From contig JAEOTP010000036.1 in assembly GCA_016839765.1 (NCBI GenBank), positions 1 to 19,629 of the forward strand: 19,629 bases of DNA, in the 5' to 3' direction. Source of the stretch: Promethearchaeota archaeon. GTDB taxonomy: Archaea > Asgardarchaeota > Lokiarchaeia > Sigyniarchaeales > SOKP01. A model generated the notes under the pieces. The model did not search any database. It was not told the origin of the DNA and saw nothing but the letters and a program-made list of their open reading frames with translations. The position numbers and the translations under genes are program-made. Position 1 is the stretch's first letter; the number at the start of each line of letters is the position of its first letter. This document shows, one piece after another, positions 1 to 7,797 of the stretch.

Positions 1-42
1 AAGATATCTCTCTATTTCCAAAATTAAATTTTGATTATTCAT
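1..42 (-). CDS. Probable 5' end of a gene running off the window (MNNQNLILEIERYL...), divergent from 213..2327
   Basis: ATG at 42..40 on the minus strand, open for 14 codons to the window edge, preceded by AT-rich intergenic DNA. Too short to assign a function. Confidence 0.35.
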   Translation of the reverse strand, partial: MNNQNLILEIERYL

Positions 43-212
43 TTTCAATATAATATAATTTTGGATTATTTAAAAAAATTATTATATGGAATCGACTATA
101 ATAATCCAAATAAAATATTAAAAGATCGTTATTTCCTAAAATTTATATTTACAAAGTCTATCTTTTTATTATTTGGCAATTATACCAAATCAATAAATAT
201 CAGGTCATTAAA

Positions 213-2327
213 ATGTCTGATTTAATTATTATAGATATTACTGAAAACGAGAAATTAGTAATAGACGGCTCTCTAAATCTTAAGGAAATTAAAGGTAGTG
301 GAAATTTATCAGTAAAGAATCCCTCAAATAAAAGTAGGGTCTGGAATTTAATGTGTGATTTAAAAGAAATTGTTAATACGACGATAGATTCAAGAGAACT
401 TAATGTTGGAATACTTAATCCTTCACAAGAATATAATAAAGATTATGAGATACAAAATTTAAAACAATCTTCATTGATTGTTAATGAAACATTTGATACA
501 CATAGAGATATTAATGATAAACTAAACAATGTTTTTCTTTTTGAAAGTGATAATAAAAGTAGTATAAAAATTACATTAACTAATCCTTTAGAAATTCCAA
601 TATCAAACATTAAATTAAGTCGGGAAATTCCTAGTTTCATCCAAGAGATTGAAATTAAAGCGCCAAATGTTGGAAGTGCTGGAGTAAAGGAAGAGTTAGA
701 AAGCAGAACCCTAGAATGGGTTATTGTAAATTTAGATGGCAACCAAACTGCTGAACTAATTGTCTTTTGTAGCGTTAATGTTAAAGATAGAGAGAAAAAA
801 GCCCTTGGTAAATTAAATATCTCTTACTTAATTAATAATTATAGGTTAACATTATTAAATCCAGAAATTCGTGGACTTACAGATTCAATGAGTGGGATTG
901 ACAGAGATGAAGGAGTTCAACCTGGTTCTTGGGATTGTGAAGTTGAATTCATAAATGAATCAGAATTTCAAGTAAAATTAGAAGATATAAAAGTGATGCA
1001 TAAAATAATTACTGGAACAGAGACTGTAGTATCTCAAGCACCTAATCGATTATTAAATCCTGAACAATCATGGACATATAATTTTCAAGTTGATTCAAAA
1101 GATGTACCTGAACTAAGCTCAACCATCGAATTCACTCCACTATTTGTAGTTATAACAAGAGTTATTGGTGAAATAACTAAAGAATCTACTGTTTATCCCG
1201 TGTTAAGTGCAGCTATAGAAAAAGTTATTAATCCACCAGAAGTTGATGCATACGCTAACACTGATATCCAAATCGAAAATATAATTACCAATAACGGGAG
1301 TTCTATTATTAATTCCATAAGAATCATAGATTATATTCCTCAAGACTTTATTTGTCCCTTACTCAGTCAAATTGCAATAAATTTGCAAAGTATAGATATT
1401 AGTTCAAGAACAGATTTTACTAATAAAATAGAGATTAATCCTAGTGATCAGAATCCTGAAACACAACATACAATTACTATAGAGCTTTTTAATTTATCAG
1501 ATCAATTCCTACCAAATTCTAAATTAAACATAAAGTACCCATTAGTTGCAAAAAATCCAAGACCTCCTACTGAAACTCTATATAAAACACCAGTAAAAAT
1601 AGAAGCTAACAGTCCCGTAGAGGGAAAGTATTATGTAGATGAGCCTATAGATGAACCTGAAATAAAAGTCAAATATGTAAAGCGTAAATTAAAAACTCTC
1701 AAAAGTATTAAACCTGGTACATCTGAAGGAGAATTTTCAATTTCTGTTCGTATCCAGAATAAAGGAAATGTAGAATTAGAAAATATTATTATAAAAGATA
1801 AAATTCCTAGGGGTTTCAATTTATCACAAATCGAAATTGATGCTTATGAGGTTAATCAATTAGGAGAAGGATCAGAGTTACAAGTTAAAATAGCCGAATT
1901 AAAAGGAAGTGATTCATTTATTATCAATTATAGCTGCTCAGGTCAAGGAGAATATCCCAGATACGAGCCTGAAGTCATTGTTCAGGGCAGAGAGGGTCTA
2001 GATCAAACTTCAGAAACTTCTAGTCAAAACCTAGAATCATCTTCTCTTACTGAAACAAAAATCAGTGAGATAAGCATAGAAAAGAAAGCAGTAATTCATG
2101 AATTATTTAATACCATCTTTAAAAAGATAGATCAAACAATAACAGGGAATGAATTAGGTATATTTATTGAAGGAATGAGAGACAAAATTCCTCCTGGTCC
2201 CGTCTTACATCAGTTTATGCAATTTGCAAGGGAAATAAGAACAACTTCAGCAGAAAAAGTTATTGTTGGGTCATTGAGGGATGAAGTATTAACTAAGTTA
2301 AAGGAATTTAAAGATAAATATGCCTAG
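213..2327 (+). CDS. Cytoplasmic multi-beta-sandwich protein: N-terminal mu-homology-like (AP-mu/delta-COP) region, extra DUF11-like Ig domains, S/T/E-rich linker, C-terminal helical domain
   Basis: 704-aa ORF with no signal peptide or TM segment. Five recurrences of an Ig-like motif (LSVKNPS, ITLTNPL..ISNIKLSREIP, VEFINES, IITNNGS..INSIRIIDYIP, VRIQNKG..LENIIIKDKIP). The N-terminus and LEWVI region resemble the mu-homology domain. The CDS is certain; the domain call is manual. Confidence 0.6.
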   Translation: MSDLIIIDITENEKLVIDGSLNLKEIKGSGNLSVKNPSNKSRVWNLMCDLKEIVNTTIDSRELNVGILNPSQEYNKDYEIQNLKQSSLIVNETFDTHRDINDKLNNVFLFESDNKSSIKITLTNPLEIPISNIKLSREIPSFIQEIEIKAPNVGSAGVKEELESRTLEWVIVNLDGNQTAELIVFCSVNVKDREKKALGKLNISYLINNYRLTLLNPEIRGLTDSMSGIDRDEGVQPGSWDCEVEFINESEFQVKLEDIKVMHKIITGTETVVSQAPNRLLNPEQSWTYNFQVDSKDVPELSSTIEFTPLFVVITRVIGEITKESTVYPVLSAAIEKVINPPEVDAYANTDIQIENIITNNGSSIINSIRIIDYIPQDFICPLLSQIAINLQSIDISSRTDFTNKIEINPSDQNPETQHTITIELFNLSDQFLPNSKLNIKYPLVAKNPRPPTETLYKTPVKIEANSPVEGKYYVDEPIDEPEIKVKYVKRKLKTLKSIKPGTSEGEFSISVRIQNKGNVELENIIIKDKIPRGFNLSQIEIDAYEVNQLGEGSELQVKIAELKGSDSFIINYSCSGQGEYPRYEPEVIVQGREGLDQTSETSSQNLESSSLTETKISEISIEKKAVIHELFNTIFKKIDQTITGNELGIFIEGMRDKIPPGPVLHQFMQFAREIRTTSAEKVIVGSLRDEVLTKLKEFKDKYA

Positions 2328-2344
2328 GATTTTATTAAACACAA

Positions 2345-2371
2345 TTTTCATTTTCTTTTTTATTTTTTTTT
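2345..2371 (+). terminator. Oligo-T tract, putative archaeal intrinsic terminator
   Basis: ttttcattttcttttttattttttttt starts about 18 nt after the stop at 2327. Confidence 0.5.
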
Positions 2372-2473
2372 CTACCAAAGCTTCTTTTATGAATCAAAAA
2401 TTTAAGTAGAATTAAAGATTCATTAAATCACTCAATTATTTAAATATAAAATATCAAAAATAGTGCAATCGTA

Positions 2474-3121
2474 TTGATAGTTCCTACTATCATCCTTGAA
2501 ATGTTATTTTCATTTAATTTAATATTGTATTGGATGATTTTCATCAAAATTAAGAGTCCACATGCGAAATTAAGGAGATTTTACAAAAAGGTCTTTCCAA
2601 TACTCTGGATATCTTCTCTAATACCAATACTAATCATTAATTCTAGCTTATTGCAATTTATTTTTAATGAAAATATCAGCTACTTTCAAGAAATCTGGAT
2701 TTGGTTTTTAATTTTGGGAATTATTATTATAATTATTGGTATCAGAATTGCTTCAATGGCAATGAAAAGATATAAAGTCAAAGTGATTGATGTTAAGGAA
2801 TCAGAATTAATAAAAACAGGCATCTACTCAGTGATTCGGCATCCTGTCTACTTATCTTGGGTGTTAATATTCATGGGTTGTAGTTTTTCTTTTGATTCTT
2901 TCTTAGCAATCCTCTTTACCCCTATTCTTACTGTACTTCTAGAAATCCATTGTATCTTAGAAGAAAAGTATATTCTTATACCTAATTTTGGAGAAGAATA
3001 CCTTGAATATAAAAAAAAGATCCCATTTCGCCTATTTTCCCCACCATATAATTATTTATTAATAATTATCTCCTTAATTGTAATTTATATAGGATTGTTG
3101 AATTTTGTTTTAGGAAATTAA
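2474..3121 (+). CDS. Isoprenylcysteine carboxyl methyltransferase / PEMT-family integral membrane methyltransferase
   Basis: Motifs LIKTGIYSVIRHPVY and EEKY..FGEEYLEYKKKIP plus several TM helices. The start may be ATG 2501 rather than TTG 2474. Confidence 0.85.
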   Translation: MIVPTIILEMLFSFNLILYWMIFIKIKSPHAKLRRFYKKVFPILWISSLIPILIINSSLLQFIFNENISYFQEIWIWFLILGIIIIIIGIRIASMAMKRYKVKVIDVKESELIKTGIYSVIRHPVYLSWVLIFMGCSFSFDSFLAILFTPILTVLLEIHCILEEKYILIPNFGEEYLEYKKKIPFRLFSPPYNYLLIIISLIVIYIGLLNFVLGN

Positions 3122-3180
3122 CTTAGTAGAACTAAAAGATAATAAATTATAACCCGAATTATAAAATATTTAGATACAGT

Positions 3181-3190
3181 TAAATATATA
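3181..3190 (+). promoter_or_regulatory. Putative TATA box for pfpI (probably leaderless transcript)
   Basis: TAAATATATA lies about 28-37 nt upstream of ATG 3218. Confidence 0.45.
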
Positions 3191-3217
3191 ATGATTAGTT
3201 AAGTAAGGTTTTGAAAA

Positions 3218-3727
3218 ATGGTTAAAAAAATCGCTATTCTTGCAACTGATGGTTTTGAAGATGCGGAATTGTTATATCCTAAAATAAGATTGAAAGAAGC
3301 AGGTTTTATTACGGAAATAATTAGTTTACATAGAAGAGAAATAAAAGGAAAGCATGGATATCCTCTGAAACCAGATAAATTGGTTAGAGAAGCAATGGTT
3401 GATGATTACGACGGAGTAATTATTCCAGGTGGCACTAAAAATCCTGATTATCTAAGAAGGGAAAAAGATGTATTAGATTTTGTTACCAAAATTAATGATC
3501 AAAATAAGTTAGTTGGTGCAATTTGTCATGCAGGGTGGGTCCTTATTTCTGCTAAAATTATAAAGGGTCGTAAAGCGACAAGTTACTTCGCTATAAAAGA
3601 CGATATGGTAAACGCAGGTGCAAGATTTGAGGACAAGTCCGTTGTTGTAGACGATAATTTAATAACATCTCGAACACCAGATGATTTGCCTGATTTCATG
3701 AAAGAGGTATTGAGATTCCTCCAATAA
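3218..3727 (+). CDS. pfpI: PfpI/DJ-1 family intracellular protease / deglycase (type 1 glutamine amidotransferase-like)
   Basis: KKIAIL.TDGFEDAE, DYDGVIIPGG, nucleophile elbow AICHAG, NLITSRTPDDLPDF; 169 aa is typical for the family. Confidence 0.93.
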   Translation: MVKKIAILATDGFEDAELLYPKIRLKEAGFITEIISLHRREIKGKHGYPLKPDKLVREAMVDDYDGVIIPGGTKNPDYLRREKDVLDFVTKINDQNKLVGAICHAGWVLISAKIIKGRKATSYFAIKDDMVNAGARFEDKSVVVDDNLITSRTPDDLPDFMKEVLRFLQ

Positions 3728-3757
3728 AATCTTTAAAAAAAGGATTATTTGATTATA

Positions 3758-4975
3758 TTAAATTTCTTTAATTTTATTTATTTCATCTTTAATATTTTTT
3801 TGTAATTTTGCTAGTTCTTCGATAAATTTCTGTGAAATTTCAATTTTTTTCTTTAGTAACTCATCTGATTTTGTATTTTTATCATACTCAATTTGTTTTA
3901 TAGCCAAATTATATGACTTAATTTGATTTAATGAAATTTCAATTTTTCTTAGGTTGATTTTAATTCCTCTTTTATATTTTTTAAAAATATCCATTAATGT
4001 CTCAGAATTTTCAATATAATTCGTCCATTGCTCCAATTCTTGATCGTCTTTTAGAATTTCTATCGTATTATACATATTTTCTAAAAAAGCTATGAAAATA
4101 TTTCTGGGTTTTATCTCAAGTGATTGGCTCCTCGATTTCGGTTCTAGATTAAGTTTTTCAATAATGTCCTTGGCATATTGAACTGAAATTCGGTTTTCAA
4201 TTTTTTTCAAATCATTAGTGGAAATTTCAGCATTTTTCTTATCAAAATCATCAATATCTGTAACTAATTTTAATTCATCTAACTGAATTTGGGTAATTAA
4301 AGGGGTAAATCTTACTGAAAGATGTTTTTTTCCATAAAAATTATTATTTAATCTTAAAATTTGAGTATAGGTTTGTATAAATTCCTCTCCAATCGGTGCA
4401 AATAAAACACCATATTCATGATCAAGTTGATTTAATAATGGATAAATTTTTTCTTGCTTAATAGCACCTGTCACTAATATTTTTTTCCAGGGACCCCTCT
4501 CTGGCATACCAACTAAAGGGTTTTTCACAATAACCTTTATCTTTTCATTCAATCCAAGTTGTTCTAAATTTTTTTGAGTAACCTTTGCAATTCTTGAATT
4601 TGCCTCAAGGATAACAATTTTTCCTTGGGGAGCTAATTTATGTGCTAAAACTGCTATGTAGCCACTTTTTGCTCCTAAGATCAATAAGTCATCATTTTCT
4701 TTTAAGATTAGATTTTGAAGCATAATAGTAATCATATGAGGTGCTGAAATTGTTCTTAAATTTTCAGGGCGTTCTCTTTCATAGTAAAAAAGAACTGGTG
4801 CGTCGTCATAAATCCTTACTGATGGTAGAATTTCCTTTGGGACAAACTTTTCCAATTGTACATCTAAGAAGGCTTTAAAAAGTCGAATATCTTTAAGATA
4901 ACCGTTATACAATAATGATAATAAGAGCTGAATTTTTGAATAGAAGATTTTTTTTCTCTCCACGATAATCAACAA
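3758..4975 (-). CDS. Protein-L-isoaspartate O-methyltransferase (PIMT/Pcm)-like protein with degenerate SAM motifs and a ~175-aa C-terminal coiled-coil extension
   Basis: RTISAPHM..ML..L, ILVTGA, QL...GVLFAPIG and VRFTPL match PIMT. Motif I reads LILGAKSGY. The true start may be GTG at 4963 (MERKKIF). Confidence 0.8.
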   Translation of the reverse strand: MLIIVERKKIFYSKIQLLLSLLYNGYLKDIRLFKAFLDVQLEKFVPKEILPSVRIYDDAPVLFYYERERPENLRTISAPHMITIMLQNLILKENDDLLILGAKSGYIAVLAHKLAPQGKIVILEANSRIAKVTQKNLEQLGLNEKIKVIVKNPLVGMPERGPWKKILVTGAIKQEKIYPLLNQLDHEYGVLFAPIGEEFIQTYTQILRLNNNFYGKKHLSVRFTPLITQIQLDELKLVTDIDDFDKKNAEISTNDLKKIENRISVQYAKDIIEKLNLEPKSRSQSLEIKPRNIFIAFLENMYNTIEILKDDQELEQWTNYIENSETLMDIFKKYKRGIKINLRKIEISLNQIKSYNLAIKQIEYDKNTKSDELLKKKIEISQKFIEELAKLQKNIKDEINKIKEI

Positions 4976-5063
4976 AATAATGATAAATCTTATTATTATT
5001 ATATCTTTTTATATTAAAATATTATAAACTACCATTTATCAACATAACATAAAATTCCTTGAT

Positions 5064-5648
5064 ATGTTTGTATTAACTGCTGAAAATTTTAAAGAAGCCA
5101 GAATTACATTATTTTTAATCTCAATTAATATTATCATTTTTATCTCGTTTAGTTTTGCAATAGAACCTGCTTATTTTCTCTTATTAGCACAAATCAACGA
5201 TAGAGTCATTAATCATTATGAATTATGGCGTCTCATTACAGCTATGTTTCTACATGGAGATATATTACACATATTTTCGAATATGTTCGGTTTATTATTA
5301 TTTGGAGCATTTTTAGAAACATACTTTACAAAAATATCATATTTGCTAGTATATTTTATTTCTGGACTAACTGGAAATATTTTTTCATTAATATTGCTAC
5401 CATTAGATACAATAAGTTTAGGAGCTTCAGGTTGTGTTTTTGGATTGATAGGAGCTGCCATCATTATTATTACAATACATAAAGATAAGAGCTTATTAAT
5501 TTTGGGTATGGTATACGTGTTATTTTTTATAATATCATCATTTTCTCCAGGAATTAATTACTTTGCTCATATTTTTGGATTATTAGGAGGGCTTTTTTTT
5601 GGATACCTATTAAGAAAAAAGAAACAAGAAAAAGAATATCAATACTAA
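5064..5648 (+). CDS. Rhomboid family intramembrane serine protease
   Basis: WRLITAMFLH, HIFSNM, catalytic GASG and AHIFGLLGG; about 6 TM helices. Confidence 0.95.
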   Translation: MFVLTAENFKEARITLFLISINIIIFISFSFAIEPAYFLLLAQINDRVINHYELWRLITAMFLHGDILHIFSNMFGLLLFGAFLETYFTKISYLLVYFISGLTGNIFSLILLPLDTISLGASGCVFGLIGAAIIIITIHKDKSLLILGMVYVLFFIISSFSPGINYFAHIFGLLGGLFFGYLLRKKKQEKEYQY

Positions 5649-5653
5649 TAGAT

Positions 5654-6319
5654 TTAACTATTATTTTTTTTCTTCTTAATTGCTCGTTCCATTGAGAAAT
5701 CTCTGGGACAGAAGTTAATTAATGGGCAAATATCACATTTTGGATTATTAGGTAAGCATAATTCTTGTCCAAATCTCACAAACAAACGATTAACGCGAAT
5801 CCATTGATCTTTAGGAATTAATGCTCTTAATTTTTTCTCTGTATCATTTGGATTTTTGGTTTTAACCCAACCTATTCTATTACTTATCCTATGCACATGT
5901 GTATCGACGGGTATAGCAGGAATTTTAAATGCATACACTAAAACACAATTAGCTGTTTTAGCACCAACACCAGGAAGATTTAGTAAATCCTTAAATGTAT
6001 TTGGGACTTGACTCTCATATTTTTCTAATAATAGTTTAGCCACTTCTTTTATACGAGCTGCTTTAACTTTATAAAACCCTGATTTGTAAATAAGGCGTTC
6101 TAATTCCTCTACATCGGCATTAGCTATTTCTTGTGGAGTGCTATATTTTGAAAATAGTATTTCAGTAGCTTCTCTTGTATTGGTATCTCTAGTTCGTGCC
6201 GATAAAATTGTGGATATTAAAATTTTAAAGGGATCTTGTTTTTTACTTGCTAATTCATCTAAATGGGCTTCTCCTTTAAGTGTTTGCTCAATTTTATCAA
6301 AAACTTTTTTTATCTCCAT
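5654..6319 (-). CDS. nth: Endonuclease III (HhH-GPD DNA glycosylase/AP lyase, 4Fe-4S)
   Basis: LISTILSART, HhH LLNLPGVGAKTA (catalytic Lys), PVDTHV (catalytic Asp), C-x6-C-x2-C-x5-C cluster CLPNNPKCDICPLINFC. Confidence 0.96.
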   Translation of the reverse strand: MEIKKVFDKIEQTLKGEAHLDELASKKQDPFKILISTILSARTRDTNTREATEILFSKYSTPQEIANADVEELERLIYKSGFYKVKAARIKEVAKLLLEKYESQVPNTFKDLLNLPGVGAKTANCVLVYAFKIPAIPVDTHVHRISNRIGWVKTKNPNDTEKKLRALIPKDQWIRVNRLFVRFGQELCLPNNPKCDICPLINFCPRDFSMERAIKKKKNNS

Positions 6320-6331
6320 ATAAATTCTCTA

Positions 6332-7735
6332 TTATGAAATTTTTTCAAATAAGTAGATTTTTCTTTTAATTATTTGATCTTTTTTCGCATCAATCATTGT
6401 TCTTACTTGTTTTTTCCGAAACTGTAGCCTTTGATTGGATTTATTAATAATTCGGTTAATATCTAATAAAGGAATAAGTTTAAAATTAAAATTATTTGCA
6501 ATTTTTTCAATATTTAATTGAATATCTCCGCCGTCTAAAGTTTCAATAATAGGAGATATAATACATATTCGCCCATTTTCTTTAAGTACTTTATAGGCCT
6601 CTCTAAAGGCAAATTGATAGATTGGCTCTAGTTTGTTTTCAATTAACTCTTTAACCTCAGAATAATAGGGTCTTTCGCTGTAAAAAGGCCCTAATTCTGG
6701 TTCGGTACAAATTCCATCAAAAAATTTTTCTTTGAAACTATTTGATAAATTTTCCACGTCTGTAGATTTGATTCTTTCCGTGAATAGTAAAGGGATAGGT
6801 TCTTCTAATTCATTCAGTAACCAATTAATATTTCTAACTGTGTTTTTTACTTTTACCTTATCTATATCTGAACCATAAATTTGGAAGTCTTGAAGTAAAG
6901 CAAATAATAAAATTGTCCCATTTCCGACAAAGGGGTCAAGTATATTCTTCTTATGTCTATTATCAAACAGATTTAACAAATTTAACATAATTATTGATAA
7001 TTTAGGTGAAATATTACTTTTAAATTCTTTAAGTGGCCTTTCTTCATCTATTTTTCTTTTAAAATTAGGATCATCACAAGTATATGTTCTTGCAATATAT
7101 ACACCCTCTTCAGTAAAACCAAATATTAATTCTGCCCGATCCTTATTTAATAAACCATATTTTATAACATGATGAGGAAAGATGGGATTTAATGTCCCTT
7201 CTTCGATATTTTTCTCTGGATATTGATAATAGAGAGCCCTTTCAGCGCCCTTTTTTTTTAAGATCTTCATTATTTCTGTGTTAAGAAATGGTAGGAAATG
7301 TTTTACTAAAACTTTTGGGTAGTATTCATCGTCAAAAAAGTTTGGATAGATAGATACAGCATAGAAAATTCTTTCATTTTTTATTTTTGGAAAGATCTCA
7401 TCAAGATTTGAAGCTATAACATCTAATATCTTTTTTCGTAGTTTTTGGATTTCCTGAAATTTCTCAATTTTTAGCGGAAAGGCTTCTATAATATTATGAA
7501 TATGGATGAAATCATATACTTTTGCGATTTTTTGAGTCCCTCCTAAAATGAATTGAAATTCCATCAAGTCATTTATATAATGTTTATGTTTATCTAATTT
7601 ATCAAATTCTACAATAGCCACATTAGCGGAATAATCCATAATTTTTCCTAAATACTTTGAATTCTTCAGCACATTATCTAATTCTGCTAATGAAAGTTGC
7701 CAGTTTGACCCTAAGACCATTAAAAATTTTTCCAT
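6332..7735 (-). CDS. Trm11/COG1041-like SAM-dependent RNA (tRNA guanine-N2) methyltransferase
   Basis: N-terminal LSLAEL motif, ISPKLSIIMLNL, motif I ILDPFVGNGTI, GSDID, motif IV variant ICTEPELGP, and LKENGRIC. Confidence 0.8.
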   Translation of the reverse strand: MEKFLMVLGSNWQLSLAELDNVLKNSKYLGKIMDYSANVAIVEFDKLDKHKHYINDLMEFQFILGGTQKIAKVYDFIHIHNIIEAFPLKIEKFQEIQKLRKKILDVIASNLDEIFPKIKNERIFYAVSIYPNFFDDEYYPKVLVKHFLPFLNTEIMKILKKKGAERALYYQYPEKNIEEGTLNPIFPHHVIKYGLLNKDRAELIFGFTEEGVYIARTYTCDDPNFKRKIDEERPLKEFKSNISPKLSIIMLNLLNLFDNRHKKNILDPFVGNGTILLFALLQDFQIYGSDIDKVKVKNTVRNINWLLNELEEPIPLLFTERIKSTDVENLSNSFKEKFFDGICTEPELGPFYSERPYYSEVKELIENKLEPIYQFAFREAYKVLKENGRICIISPIIETLDGGDIQLNIEKIANNFNFKLIPLLDINRIINKSNQRLQFRKKQVRTMIDAKKDQIIKRKIYLFEKIS

Positions 7736-7797
7736 AATTTATGAAAAATAAGTTACTTTGGCTTAAAGAAAGAAGCATATTTTTTCTATTTTATTGA

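Noticed and set aside
31-225. 64-aa TTG-start ORF overlapping the start of 213..2327
   Set aside because: It spans an AT-rich divergent promoter region, has no recognisable motifs, and conflicts with the minus-strand start at 42.
213-2327. S-layer or adhesin assignment based on the DUF11-like repeats
   Set aside because: No signal peptide, lipobox or C-terminal TM anchor.
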